Source: an uncultured delta proteobacterium (lineage in GTDB: Bacteria > Desulfobacterota > Desulfuromonadia > Geobacterales > Pseudopelobacteraceae). From it: a DNA stretch of 64,000 bases. Numbering within the stretch: position 1 is the first letter of the stretch; each line of letters starts with the position of its first letter. The notes under the pieces were generated by a model, which did not search any database, had not been told where the DNA came from, and worked only from the letters and a program-made list of their open reading frames with translations. The position numbers were made by a program, and so were the translations under genes. Where the stretch lies: assembly GCA_963772835.1 (NCBI GenBank), contig CAVYYZ010000008.1:96001-160000 (forward strand). Direction: 5' to 3'. Below, piece after piece: positions 34,534 to 44,786 of the stretch.

Positions 34534-36213
34534 ATGAGTAACGTACTGAGCCTGACGACATTCCTGCCGATACTGGGTGTCCTGCTGCTGCTGTTCATTC
34601 CCAAAGACAGCAAAGGAGTACTTCGGAATGTCACCCTCGCGGTAACAGTAGTCACTTTCCTGGTGTCACTGATCATGCTGACTGGCTTCCAGAGTAATGC
34701 TGAGTTCCAGTTTGTTGAAAATGTACCCTGGATTGCGGCCGGACCGTTTGTCATGCGCTATAACATCGGTATTGACGGAATCAGCCTCTGGCTTGTGATC
34801 CTCACTACATTCATTATGCCGATTGCTGTTCTTTCGACATATACTGCTGTTGAAGAGAAAGTGAAAGAGTATATGGTCTGCCTGCTGCTGCTTGAAACTG
34901 GCATGCTGGGAGCATTCATCTCGCTGGATCTTTTCCTGTTCTATATATTCTGGGAAGTTATGTTGATCCCGATGTATTTCATGATCGGAATCTGGGGCGG
35001 AAAGAACAAGATTTATGCGGCGGTGAAATTCTTCATATATACGATGGTTGGATCACTATTGATGCTTGTTGCTCTGATATTCCTGTATTTCAAAGGGATG
35101 CAGGCCGGCATCACGGACTTTGGTCTGCTGCAGTTCTTTAATCTCAAACTTGACATGGCCACGCAGATATGGTTGTTCCTGGCTTTTGCCTTTGCGTTTG
35201 CAATCAAGGTCCCAATGTTTCCGCTTCACACATGGTTGCCGGACGCCCATACTGAAGCGCCGACAGCCGGTTCGGTCATATTGGCTGCAGTGCTTTTGAA
35301 AATGGGAACCTACGGGTATGTCCGCTTTGCAATTCCGCTCTTTCCCGAGGCGGCTCATATGTTTGCGCCGCTGATCGCGACGCTTGCGGTTATCGGTATT
35401 ATCTACGCAGCTCTCGTCGCCATGGTTCAGGAAGATGTTAAAAAACTGGTTGCCTACTCTTCCGTTGCCCATCTCGGTTTTGTAATGCTCGGCGTATTTG
35501 CTTTCAACGTTGAGGGAATTACCGGCGGCATGCTGCAGATGATCAATCACGGTATCTCAACCGGGGCATTGTTCCTTATCGTCGGCTTTATTTACGAACG
35601 TCGTCATACACGACTGATTACCGATTTCGGCGGACTTTCAAAGCAGATGCCGATATTTGCAACAGTATTCATGATCGTCACTTTTTCATCAGTCGGCCTC
35701 CCCGGTACCAATGGGTTTGTCGGTGAATTCCTGATTCTGCTCGGAGCCTTCGAAGGCCCGTTACGGTGGTGGACAGTGGTTGCAACGAGCGGCGTAATCC
35801 TCTCGGCTGTCTACATGCTCTGGGTTTTCCAGCGTGTCATGTTCGGAGAGCTCGATAATCCTAAAAATCAGAAACTGCTTGACTTGAACGGACGTGAAAT
35901 TGCGATCATGGTTCCACTGATAATAATGATCTTTGTCATGGGACTCTACCCCAAACCGTTCATAGATAAAATGGACCCTGCAATTAAGAAACTTGTTGCG
36001 CAGGTTCGCGTTGCATCCGTAAACGCTCAGGCAATTCCTGCCCCCAGTCAGATGCAGATGCCGGAAGGTCATCAGGGCACGCAGCAGATGCCTGCTGAAC
36101 AGCAGGGTGGTCAGATGCCTGCAGGACATGCGGGCGGTGAAAAACCTGCCGGTCATCCCGGTATGGATGCATCTTCAACACCACCTGCTGCCAACCCGCA
36201 TAGTGCAAAGTAA
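34534..36213 (+). CDS. nuoM: NADH-quinone oxidoreductase subunit M (with repetitive His/Met/Pro C-terminal tail)
   Basis: HTWLPDAHTEAPT, LLKMGTYG, AYSSVAH, GLPG. Confidence 0.96.
   Translation: MSNVLSLTTFLPILGVLLLLFIPKDSKGVLRNVTLAVTVVTFLVSLIMLTGFQSNAEFQFVENVPWIAAGPFVMRYNIGIDGISLWLVILTTFIMPIAVLSTYTAVEEKVKEYMVCLLLLETGMLGAFISLDLFLFYIFWEVMLIPMYFMIGIWGGKNKIYAAVKFFIYTMVGSLLMLVALIFLYFKGMQAGITDFGLLQFFNLKLDMATQIWLFLAFAFAFAIKVPMFPLHTWLPDAHTEAPTAGSVILAAVLLKMGTYGYVRFAIPLFPEAAHMFAPLIATLAVIGIIYAALVAMVQEDVKKLVAYSSVAHLGFVMLGVFAFNVEGITGGMLQMINHGISTGALFLIVGFIYERRHTRLITDFGGLSKQMPIFATVFMIVTFSSVGLPGTNGFVGEFLILLGAFEGPLRWWTVVATSGVILSAVYMLWVFQRVMFGELDNPKNQKLLDLNGREIAIMVPLIIMIFVMGLYPKPFIDKMDPAIKKLVAQVRVASVNAQAIPAPSQMQMPEGHQGTQQMPAEQQGGQMPAGHAGGEKPAGHPGMDASSTPPAANPHSAK
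36052..36165 (+). repeat. Imperfect coding tandem repeat in the nuoM tail
   Basis: QMPEGH / QMPAEQ / QMPAGH / KPAGH; CAGATGCC recurs in the DNA. Confidence 0.7.
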
Positions 36214-36250
36214 ATTACTAACGAGTCAATCCGACCGGAGGATATTTTAG

Positions 36251-37708
36251 ATGGACATGATTTTAATTCCAGCCGTCAATATGACGCCGATTCTACCGGA
36301 GATATTTCTCTCAGTGCTGGCAATGGTTCTACTGCTGGTCAACGTTTTCAGACCAGGCGGTCAGAAGTCGTACATTGCATACGTCAGCTTCTTCGGTATT
36401 GTTGCGACAGCGGTTCTTGTCGGTGCCGGATGGGGCGGACACATCGAGAGTTTCAGCGGTTCGGTTGTTCTCGACAACTTTGCAACTTTTTTCAAGATGA
36501 TATTTCTGGTTGCTGCCGGTTTGACAGTCCTGATATCAGATGGCTACATGGAGAGAGAAGGGTGTAACCACGGTGAATTATATCCGTTGATCCTTTTTGC
36601 CGTGGTCGGAATGATGCTGATGGCGTCCGGAACCGATCTTATGACGATCTTTCTCGGACTTGAAGTTATGTCTGTCTCGCTCTATGTTCTTGCCGGATTC
36701 AACAGGGCCAACAAAAAGTCAAATGAGGCCGGCCTCAAATACTTCATGCTTGGGGCCTTCTCTACCGGTTTTATGCTGTATGGCATGGCGCTCATCTATG
36801 GAGCGACAGGCACAACACGCCTGTATAAGATAGCCGCAATTGTAGGGCAAATGACCCTGCCGTCCGCTAATATCATGCTGGTAGCCGGCATGTTGCTCAT
36901 GATGACCGGTTTTGCATTCAAAATCGCTGCAGCACCATTCCATATGTGGACTCCTGATGTGTACGAGGGGGCTCCAACGCCGATGACCGCCTTCATGTCT
37001 GCAGGACCAAAGGCTGCCGGTTTCGCCGCACTGCTCCGTATATTTCTGGTTGCACTCCCGACGCTGCAGGTTGAATGGAGCCAGGTCCTCTGGGTGCTGG
37101 CTGTATTAACGATGACCGTCGGAAATATAACCGCGCTTCGTCAGGACAACATCAAGCGCATTCTTGCCTATTCCTCCATTGCACATGCAGGATACGCTCT
37201 CGTCGGTTTTGCCGCCGGAAACGGAACCGGTACGGCAGGTATCCTGTTCTATATGCTTTCTTATGCATTCATGAACATCGGAGCATTTGCCATTGTTATC
37301 CTCGTTGCCAAAAAGGGTGAGACAAACGGGAACGTCTCCGACTTTGCCGGCCTCGGCTTCAAACGCCCGCTTTTAGCTCTTGTCATGACACTGTTTCTGT
37401 TCTCGCTGGCAGGTGTACCACCGGCGGCCGGATTTATCGGTAAATTCTACCTCTTCTCCGGAGCAATCCAGAAGGGATTCATCTGGCTGGCAGTCATCGG
37501 AGTGCTTAACAGCGCCGCATCTGTCTACTACTATCTCCGTATCATGGTTTATATGTATTTCAAGGAATCGACAGAAGATTTTGCCTGGATACAGGTTACC
37601 GCCCCGGTCGCCCTGGCGCTTGCAATTGCTGCCGCCGGTACTCTGATCCCCGGTATTGTGCCGTCATATATTCTTCAGTACGCACAGATGGCGGTCAAGC
37701 TCATGTAG
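36251..37708 (+). CDS. nuoN: NADH-quinone oxidoreductase subunit N
   Basis: EAGLKYF, PFHMWTPDVYEGAP, AYSSIAH, YYYLR. Confidence 0.97.
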   Translation: MDMILIPAVNMTPILPEIFLSVLAMVLLLVNVFRPGGQKSYIAYVSFFGIVATAVLVGAGWGGHIESFSGSVVLDNFATFFKMIFLVAAGLTVLISDGYMEREGCNHGELYPLILFAVVGMMLMASGTDLMTIFLGLEVMSVSLYVLAGFNRANKKSNEAGLKYFMLGAFSTGFMLYGMALIYGATGTTRLYKIAAIVGQMTLPSANIMLVAGMLLMMTGFAFKIAAAPFHMWTPDVYEGAPTPMTAFMSAGPKAAGFAALLRIFLVALPTLQVEWSQVLWVLAVLTMTVGNITALRQDNIKRILAYSSIAHAGYALVGFAAGNGTGTAGILFYMLSYAFMNIGAFAIVILVAKKGETNGNVSDFAGLGFKRPLLALVMTLFLFSLAGVPPAAGFIGKFYLFSGAIQKGFIWLAVIGVLNSAASVYYYLRIMVYMYFKESTEDFAWIQVTAPVALALAIAAAGTLIPGIVPSYILQYAQMAVKLM

Positions 37709-37728
37709 TCTGTCACACCATTCGTTTT

Positions 37729-37769
37729 ATACAAAGGGCGGCCTCCTTGAGAGACCGCCCTTTGTATTT
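37729..37769 (+). terminator. Intrinsic terminator of the nuo operon
   Basis: 13-bp perfect inverted repeat ATACAAAGGGCGG/CCGCCCTTTGTAT with a T-rich 3' arm. Confidence 0.8.
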
Positions 37770-37915
37770 AACAGACGGTAAAAAACAATCCAGTTTCGGG
37801 GCTGGCAAGTTAGAAGTTGTTTTCTGCCCTTTTCTGAGAGAAGATACTGTCGATTGCGCTTGAATTCCAAATATATGTTTGCATGAACAATTGAATCGGC
37901 CATTCAGGAGTCAAT

Positions 37916-38779
37916 ATGTCCTCAAAAGAAGTCTGGACACCGCTGAATATACTTGTCTGGACCAGGGACTTCCTGTCATTAAAGGGAATTACCAACGCCC
38001 GCCTGGAAGCGGAATGGCTTCTCTGTACTGCTATGGGACTTGACCGGGTCGGTCTGTATCTGCACTATGACAAACCTTTAACTGACGGTGAGCTGACGGT
38101 GTACCGAACCCTCATCGCCCGGAGAGCCAAACGGGAGCCGCTCCAGCATATTCTGGGGAGTCAGGAGTTTTACGGGCTTGATTATGAGGTTACCCCTGAA
38201 GTTCTGATACCGAGACATGACACTGAATTGCTGGTGACAGAGGCGGCCGCACGGTATCCGGATGCACGCACGGTCCTGGATATCGGAACAGGGAGTGGAT
38301 GTATTGCGGTCTCTCTGAAGAAGAAACTCATCCGGGCTGCTGTTACGGCCACTGATCTATCGGAAGCCGCTCTTGCAGTAGCGCGTCGCAACGCCGAAAA
38401 ACATTCTGCGGAGGTCGAATTTCTGTGCGGGTCACTGTTTACTCCGGTAGCCAGCCGCAGCTTCGACCTGATCGTATCTAATCCTCCGTATATACCTACG
38501 GCGGATATCGGAACACTGGATGTGGAGGTCCGCGACTTTGATCCTTTTAGCGCCCTTGATGGCGGCCGCGACGGGCTCGATATATACCGGCTGCTTGTCC
38601 CTGTGTCGATTGAACATTTGAACCCGGGTGGATGGCTGATGGTCGAAATCGGTATCGGTCAATCCAAAGACGTTGTACAGTTGTTCCGTAACACCTGCAT
38701 CTTTGATGAACCTATTGTCGCACGTGATTCCGGCGGGATCGAGCGAGTAGTTATGGCACAGCTAAAGGAGATACTATGA
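37916..38779 (+). CDS. prmC: Release factor glutamine methyltransferase
   Basis: EPLQHILG, VLIPR, DIGTGSG, SNPPY, LDGG.DGL. Confidence 0.95.
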   Translation: MSSKEVWTPLNILVWTRDFLSLKGITNARLEAEWLLCTAMGLDRVGLYLHYDKPLTDGELTVYRTLIARRAKREPLQHILGSQEFYGLDYEVTPEVLIPRHDTELLVTEAAARYPDARTVLDIGTGSGCIAVSLKKKLIRAAVTATDLSEAALAVARRNAEKHSAEVEFLCGSLFTPVASRSFDLIVSNPPYIPTADIGTLDVEVRDFDPFSALDGGRDGLDIYRLLVPVSIEHLNPGGWLMVEIGIGQSKDVVQLFRNTCIFDEPIVARDSGGIERVVMAQLKEIL

Positions 38780-39339
38780 ATATCGAAGAAGCGGGCAGGG
38801 TTCTGTCTGGGAGTGATCTGATAGTAACAGAATCTGAGGTTTGTGCTGCTATCGCACGGATTGCAGCTGAGATGACGGCAGAGTTGAAAGATTCTGATCC
38901 GGTGCTGGTGTGCTGCATGAATGGAGGGCTCGTCTTTGCAGGGCAGCTGCTGACAAAACTAGTATTTCCTCTCCAGGTTGATTATGTCCATGCCACCCGT
39001 TACGGCCATGCATTAAACGGTGTTGCGCTCGACTGGAAGGTCAGACCTCAGACAGACCTCCATGGAAGGACCGTGGTGCTTCTGGATGATATTCTCGATG
39101 AAGGGGTCACGCTTGCTGCCATCGCTGAGTATTGTCTCCATCAGGGTGCAGCGAAGGTTATGATGGCGGTGCTCGTTGAAAAGCTTCATTTGCGCAAAGT
39201 CACTCCGGGCATGCGTGCAGACTTTACCGGTATTGAGGTTGGTGATCGATTCCTGTTCGGTTACGGCCTTGACTATAAAGGGTACTGGAGAAATGCCCCC
39301 TGTATTTATGCGATCAAAGAGCGCGCGAAATTGGTTTAG
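38776..39339 (+). CDS. hpt: Hypoxanthine-guanine phosphoribosyltransferase
   Basis: VLLDDILDEG PRPP motif, FGYGLDY..WRN. Confidence 0.88.
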   Translation: MNIEEAGRVLSGSDLIVTESEVCAAIARIAAEMTAELKDSDPVLVCCMNGGLVFAGQLLTKLVFPLQVDYVHATRYGHALNGVALDWKVRPQTDLHGRTVVLLDDILDEGVTLAAIAEYCLHQGAAKVMMAVLVEKLHLRKVTPGMRADFTGIEVGDRFLFGYGLDYKGYWRNAPCIYAIKERAKLV

Positions 39340-39572
39340 GTTCCTGATAGTATGTGCAGAGAAAACGCGACGGATATTTTCGTTGGATGAAGGAACTTTA
39401 CAGGTGAGCCTCACCTGTTTCTGCACTGAGAAGGCACGACCGGTCAGTCACTCGTCCTTTGTCACACGATGGTGTCCTGCCTGTACCCATCAGGATATCC
39501 CCCGCTTTTTTTGATGGTCAGCGGTTCAGGCGTCACTCCAAACGGACGTACGGTATAATGTGAGGTATTCTG

Positions 39573-40388
39573 ATGGCACAACGACCGATTCTCTGTCCAC
39601 GCTGCAGGCGTTTGATAGGGAGCGATGAGACAACCTGCTCCTGGTGCGGCACATCCCGTTCTGCGCCCTGGTGGCAGTTTATGAACTGGTCACGGGGTGC
39701 TCTCGATGCCGACTGGCCTGTAAAAGCGATAATCACTGTCAATGTTCTGTTCTTTGCCGTTTCGCTCGCGTTAAGCGCCAGATCAGGGGGGGTGAGAGGT
39801 TTTCTCTCCCCCGGTCAGACCAGCCTTCTGCTGCTGGGCGCAACCGGCACATATCCGATTGATCAATTCGGCAGATACTGGTCGCTGATCAGTGCCAGCT
39901 ATCTGCATGGCGGCATTCTTCACCTCGTTTTCAATCTGATGGCCCTTAAGCAGATAGCTCCCAGAGTTGCGAGCGAGTTCGGTTCCAGCCGAATGTTCAG
40001 CATCTATACAATTGGTGGAATAATCGGATTTGGAGTTTCGTATCTTGCGGGAGTGCCATTCACTATTGGCGCTTCGGCAGCTGTCTGCGGTCTGATCGGC
40101 GCTCTGCTCTATTATGGAAAAAGCAGAGGCGGCGCCTATGGAAACTCTGTCTATCGGGAGGTGAGCGGTTGGGTGGTCAGCCTGTTCATATTCGGATTTA
40201 TATTCCCGGGGATAAATAACTGGGGGCATGGCGGCGGGATTCTCGGCGGGATTGTTGTTGCTGCAGTGGTAGGGTACAGCGAGCGGAGAAGGGAAAACCA
40301 CTTCGATAGGGCTCTGGCACTGCTCTGCGGTCTGGTTACGCTAGCTGTGCTGGGATGGAGTGTTCTGGGTGCCTTCCTTTCCCGCTGA
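39573..40388 (+). CDS. Rhomboid intramembrane serine protease with N-terminal zinc ribbon
   Basis: CPRC..CSWC; HGGILHL.FN, GASA, HGGG. Confidence 0.9.
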   Translation: MAQRPILCPRCRRLIGSDETTCSWCGTSRSAPWWQFMNWSRGALDADWPVKAIITVNVLFFAVSLALSARSGGVRGFLSPGQTSLLLLGATGTYPIDQFGRYWSLISASYLHGGILHLVFNLMALKQIAPRVASEFGSSRMFSIYTIGGIIGFGVSYLAGVPFTIGASAAVCGLIGALLYYGKSRGGAYGNSVYREVSGWVVSLFIFGFIFPGINNWGHGGGILGGIVVAAVVGYSERRRENHFDRALALLCGLVTLAVLGWSVLGAFLSR

Positions 40389-40474
40389 ATTATCCGGCTG
40401 CTGTCTCTCCTTCCAGGAATTTTGAGCTTCCGACCATTCAGGTCTTACAATCACGTACAGGGAGTACTGCTTTA

Positions 40475-41044
40475 ATGATATGTCCGTATTGCAGGGAAAC
40501 AATTCAGGATGAAGCGATTAAATGCCGGTACTGCGGTTCTTCTCTCAGTGGAACATTCGGCCAGGGGACGTACATTGACAGCATTACTGCTGACGAATTA
40601 CGCGCTTTTGTCGGGCCCAATGCCGAGTATTATATGCAGAAATTTGCACATTTCAACAAAACGGGATCAGAAAAGTTTTGTCTGACATGGAATTGGTCGA
40701 CATTCGGGTTTACCTTTATCTGGATGCTGTACAGAAAAATGTATGTACCGGCTGTGATCACTTTTTTTCTCTTTTGTATCCCCGGCTTAAATATTCTCCT
40801 GCATCTTGTTGTTGGAGTTGTAGGTAACTATATGTATTATAAACATGTACAACGGAATATCCGTGAAATCCGGGCGATGCACCCACCTCAGAGTTGTTGT
40901 CCCATGCTTGAAAAAACGGGTGGAGTTAACCGGTGGGTGATCACAGTCGGGATTGTAGTCAGTGTTATTCTGGGAATACTCTGTGCCATCTTTTTCTCCG
41001 CAATCATTGCCTCTATTGGAAAAGTTGGAATGCTTTCTATTTAG
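40475..41044 (+). CDS. Zinc-ribbon / DUF2628-like membrane protein
   Basis: CPYC..AIKCRYCG; WNWS.F...WMLYRKMY; GN..YY. Confidence 0.75.
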   Translation: MICPYCRETIQDEAIKCRYCGSSLSGTFGQGTYIDSITADELRAFVGPNAEYYMQKFAHFNKTGSEKFCLTWNWSTFGFTFIWMLYRKMYVPAVITFFLFCIPGLNILLHLVVGVVGNYMYYKHVQRNIREIRAMHPPQSCCPMLEKTGGVNRWVITVGIVVSVILGILCAIFFSAIIASIGKVGMLSI

Positions 41045-41061
41045 TTTCCGGCCGGAAACTA
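41042..41061. repeat. Perfect 20-bp palindrome at a gene end
   Basis: TAGTTTCCGGCCGGAAACTA. Confidence 0.6.
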
Positions 41062-41240
41062 TTTAAGAATGCTGGAATCCGGTCTACAATGGAGTAACCA
41101 CCTGCGTATTAAGAATGCCGACAATATGTGTGTCTGGGTGCAGCAGTCAGAGATGGTGGGTGATGTTCCCGTTGCGTGGGGACGCAGAATAAGTGGATGG
41201 CGATTCATAACTGCAGACAATGTGAGAAAGGAGAATACGG

Positions 41241-41666
41241 ATGACAGATCGACAGAGCAATTACAGCGTTGAACATATCGGCCCTTTTGATGATCTTCTC
41301 AAACGGGATTTCATGGGATTTCCCGGCAAGTATTTCGTTGGCAGGGAACTGGGCCTTACCGGCTGCGAAGTCTCTCTGAATCGTCTTCCTGCCGGGAAAT
41401 ACATGCCATTCCTGCATGCTCATCAAAAAAACGAAGAGCTGTATATCGTCCTGCGGGGTTCCGGTATGTTCTCCGTAGACGGTGATGAGTTTCCGATTCA
41501 GGAAGGGAGCCTGATCCGGGTCGCCCCTGAGGGGGAGCGGGGTTGGAAGGCGGGCGATGAAGACCTGTATTTTATCTGCATACAGGCCGAGGCCGGCAGC
41601 CTGAGTCAGTCGACCCTTGAAGACGGCGTCAGAACCGTCAATAAGAGTTCCTGGATGAAAAAATAG
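41241..41666 (+). CDS. Cupin-domain protein
   Basis: PFLHAHQKNEELYIVLRGSG cupin motif 1; strong RBS. Confidence 0.85.
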   Translation: MTDRQSNYSVEHIGPFDDLLKRDFMGFPGKYFVGRELGLTGCEVSLNRLPAGKYMPFLHAHQKNEELYIVLRGSGMFSVDGDEFPIQEGSLIRVAPEGERGWKAGDEDLYFICIQAEAGSLSQSTLEDGVRTVNKSSWMKK

Positions 41667-41772
41667 GTGTTTGAGTGCCACGGCGGCGGCAGCGATGAAG
41701 CAGTTATGACCAGAGTGAACACTCGTTCTGAGTTCAAAAAAGATGCCGCTAGCGAAGGAGTAGGGTGCAGAC

Positions 41773-42552
41773 ATGTGCCTGATCGTCTTTGCATATAACT
41801 GTCACCCGCGCTATCGATTGATCCTGGGTGCAAACAGGGATGAGTTTCGGCACCGTCCGACCGAGCCGGTCCGGTTCTGGAGTGATGCACCGCAGTTGCT
41901 GGCAGGACGCGACAGCGTAGCCGGAGGAACCTGGTTGGGAATAACGACGACCGGTAGGTTGGCGGCGTTAACCAATTATCGGGACCCGCACCGGCTGATG
42001 ACTGATCCGCCATCGCGAGGCCGACTGGTCTCCGCATATCTGCAGAATCCGCAGGAGAATCCAGAGGAGTTCCAGAGTGAGCTCGTCCGTACGGGCGGCA
42101 TGTACCGGGGGTTAAACCTGCTGTACGGCTCAGCGAGTGAACTGTTCTACTACACCAACAGGGGAGGTTCATCCGGTCCGGTTTCGCCCGGCATCCATGG
42201 CCTTTCCAATCATCTGCTTGATACCGGCTGGCCCAAGGTGACTGCCGCCTCGTCGCGACTCAAAGACATCGTGCAGCAGGCGCAGGTGGATCCGGAACAG
42301 ATTTTCTCGGCACTGTCTGATGCAGTGCCATTTGCTTATGACCTGCTGCCGGATACGGGAGTCGGTCCGGAACAGGAGCGTATGCTCTCGCCGCTCTTCA
42401 TAGAAAACGAACTGTATGGCACCCGTTCAACAACGGTACTGTTGATCGACCATCGTAATCGTGTGACGTTTTCAGAACGGTCCTTTGACCCTTCTGCCGG
42501 GTTTTCTACGCCCCGGCAGTTCAACTTCACTATTGTTCCCGGCACCCCATGA
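41773..42552 (+). CDS. NRDE / TANGO2-family protein
   Basis: MCLI start, ANRDE, GGTWLG, SRG.LV, LSNH.LD..WPK, YGTRS. Confidence 0.92.
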   Translation: MCLIVFAYNCHPRYRLILGANRDEFRHRPTEPVRFWSDAPQLLAGRDSVAGGTWLGITTTGRLAALTNYRDPHRLMTDPPSRGRLVSAYLQNPQENPEEFQSELVRTGGMYRGLNLLYGSASELFYYTNRGGSSGPVSPGIHGLSNHLLDTGWPKVTAASSRLKDIVQQAQVDPEQIFSALSDAVPFAYDLLPDTGVGPEQERMLSPLFIENELYGTRSTTVLLIDHRNRVTFSERSFDPSAGFSTPRQFNFTIVPGTP

Positions 42553-43166
42553 ACTTTCTCTTCCACATGCTGCTCTCCGGGGACGACGCACAGATACTGA
42601 CCGGCAACTTCATGGGTGACTTTGTCAAAGGGCCGATTCCCGGCCGATTTCCCGAGCGGATAAGTCAGGGGCTTGCCCTGCACCGCAGCATTGACTCTTT
42701 TGCCAGCAGGGATGATCTGTTCCGGCGGAGCAGGCTGCGGCTTGACCCGCATTACGGTCTGTATCGCGGAGTACTGATCGACCTGTTCTACGATCATTTT
42801 CTGGTTTCCGAGTGGAATCGTTGGTCTGATGAACCGTTCGACCGGTATCTCGACAGGACCAGGCTGATTATCGAGAGTCAGCGGAGCGAGATGCCTGAGC
42901 GGTTACAAAAACTCCTGCCTATTATATTTGAGGAGCTGCTCCCTTCATATCGCGAGATTGGCGGCATCGGTACAGCTCTGGAACGGATGTCGCGAAGGGT
43001 GATCCGTCACAACCCACTGGCAGGGGGCGAAGCCGAGTTGATTCGGCATTACGAAGACCTGCACACCGATTTTCGCGGATTTATGCCGCTGGTACAGCGC
43101 TTTGCCGCGGACTTTATTTCTGTAGAACCTGCCCCGTCGAAGCAGGTCGGTATTTTGCCAAGCTGA
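42549..43166 (+). CDS. acpH: Acyl carrier protein phosphodiesterase
   Basis: MNFL.H..LS, GN.MGDFVKG, LHR.ID.F, D.FYDHFL. Confidence 0.88.
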   Translation: MNFLFHMLLSGDDAQILTGNFMGDFVKGPIPGRFPERISQGLALHRSIDSFASRDDLFRRSRLRLDPHYGLYRGVLIDLFYDHFLVSEWNRWSDEPFDRYLDRTRLIIESQRSEMPERLQKLLPIIFEELLPSYREIGGIGTALERMSRRVIRHNPLAGGEAELIRHYEDLHTDFRGFMPLVQRFAADFISVEPAPSKQVGILPS

Positions 43167-43221
43167 TGGCCTCTCTAATTAGACTCATAATTTTTAAGCA
43201 TGCCCCGGTTATACTCTCCCG

Positions 43222-44094
43222 ATGAGCCACTTCGCCTTTACCCTGATCGTAATCTCGGCTGTCATGCATGCCCTCTGGAACCTGCTGGTTAAGCGCAGTC
43301 GCCACAAAACTGTCTTTATCTGGTGGATGTTCATAGCCTCCGGCGGGCTGTTCTCTCTGGTAGTCCCTCTGCTGCCGGAGCCGTTTCATCGGCCTGACAC
43401 CCACACACTGCTCATGGTATCACTCGCCGCGGTCTGCTTTGTGCTCTACCATCTTCTCAATGGCCGTGCCTATCGGGGAGGGGACCTTTCGGTGGTGTAT
43501 CCGCTCTGTCAGACCTCAATGATCTATGTGCCTATCTGGGGAATTGTTCTGCTGGGTGAGCGGCTATCGTCTACGGGGGCATGCGGTATCCTGCTGGTAC
43601 TATTCGGCACATACTCGATACAACTGCAGCGCCTGTCTTTCGGCGAGATGGCCCGCCCATTCCGTAACCTGAAGAGTCCGCCGGTGCGGGACGCTCTGAC
43701 AGCCGGCTTCATCTACTCCATCGGATCGATTGCGGAAAAAAGCGGGGTCGGAAGCTATTCGCCGCTTTACTTCACCTATATTCTGGTGCTGCTGATGCTG
43801 TTCCTAATGTCTTTCAACATGGTCCGTCCGAAGTATCGTGCCCTGATCGGCGCAGAGCTGCGCGAACATTGGGGGCTTATTCTCTGTAGCGGCCCGATCA
43901 TGATGGCGTCCTTTCTGACCTTCCGCTACGGACTCAATCTATCGCAGGTGAGCTATGCCGTGCCGGTCCGACAGGTCAGCATCGTCATCGGCGTGCTGAT
44001 CGGCATCCTTTTTCTAAAGGAATCCTTCGGCCGGATACGCCTTGTATCAGCGCTCTTTATTCTGGCCGGTGTTGCATTGATCCGGCTCGGGTAG
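43222..44094 (+). CDS. EamA/DMT-family transporter
   Basis: About 10 TM helices; HA.WN, AYR.GDLS.VYP, LGE/LKE repeats. Confidence 0.88.
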   Translation: MSHFAFTLIVISAVMHALWNLLVKRSRHKTVFIWWMFIASGGLFSLVVPLLPEPFHRPDTHTLLMVSLAAVCFVLYHLLNGRAYRGGDLSVVYPLCQTSMIYVPIWGIVLLGERLSSTGACGILLVLFGTYSIQLQRLSFGEMARPFRNLKSPPVRDALTAGFIYSIGSIAEKSGVGSYSPLYFTYILVLLMLFLMSFNMVRPKYRALIGAELREHWGLILCSGPIMMASFLTFRYGLNLSQVSYAVPVRQVSIVIGVLIGILFLKESFGRIRLVSALFILAGVALIRLG

Positions 44095-44117
44095 GCAGGT
44101 GGCCATTCAGATTTATT

Positions 44118-44528
44118 TCAAGGCACGATGAATGTATCCACTGCCTGATTGGACGTATTGCCGTTAAAATCGGTCAGGAAAATGCTGAACGTATAGGTCC
44201 CCGCAAGATATGCGGCGTAATCAATACTGAATAAGATGGTTCCGTGCGTCACCCCGGGGAGGTTCAGTACCGATTTTGACCGGTAAATTTCGAACCCTCT
44301 GCCATCAAATACGGCAACGGTTATCGTGTCGATATCAGAGTCAGGAGCAGAAAAATCGACACTCCCGTCAATGAATCCCGTCGTCGTGTGCTTGGTAAAC
44401 CGGTATGACGTGATTGATGGCGGGTTTATCACGGTTCCGACAGGAACGACAAACAAAAGGCCGACATCTCCGCAACCGGATATGGTCAGCATCATGATGG
44501 CAACTATGCCTAAAAAAAGTCTCTTCAT
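44118..44528 (-). CDS. Hypothetical lipoprotein
   Basis: GGAGG RBS, signal peptide with lipobox ISGC, beta-rich body. Confidence 0.65.
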   Translation of the reverse strand: MKRLFLGIVAIMMLTISGCGDVGLLFVVPVGTVINPPSITSYRFTKHTTTGFIDGSVDFSAPDSDIDTITVAVFDGRGFEIYRSKSVLNLPGVTHGTILFSIDYAAYLAGTYTFSIFLTDFNGNTSNQAVDTFIVP

Positions 44529-44786
44529 AACGTCCTCCTTTTGCAAGCAGTACCTCATGATGAAACCGCCTGCATAATCTCAACCAAGCGTTAGATATAT
44601 TTCCTGCTGCAGCTGTATACGCAAGAAGTTGTGCGCTTTGTACAGTGATAAAACCGAACGGTGTATCTATCTACTCCAATCCTGAGCCGGTAAAACGGCA
44701 TATATGCCTCATGTGAGGCGGCGATTATCTTATTCAGGTACGGATCGGGGGGGCCGTTGTTTCCCTCTCTCATTTCAGGCAAGTCC

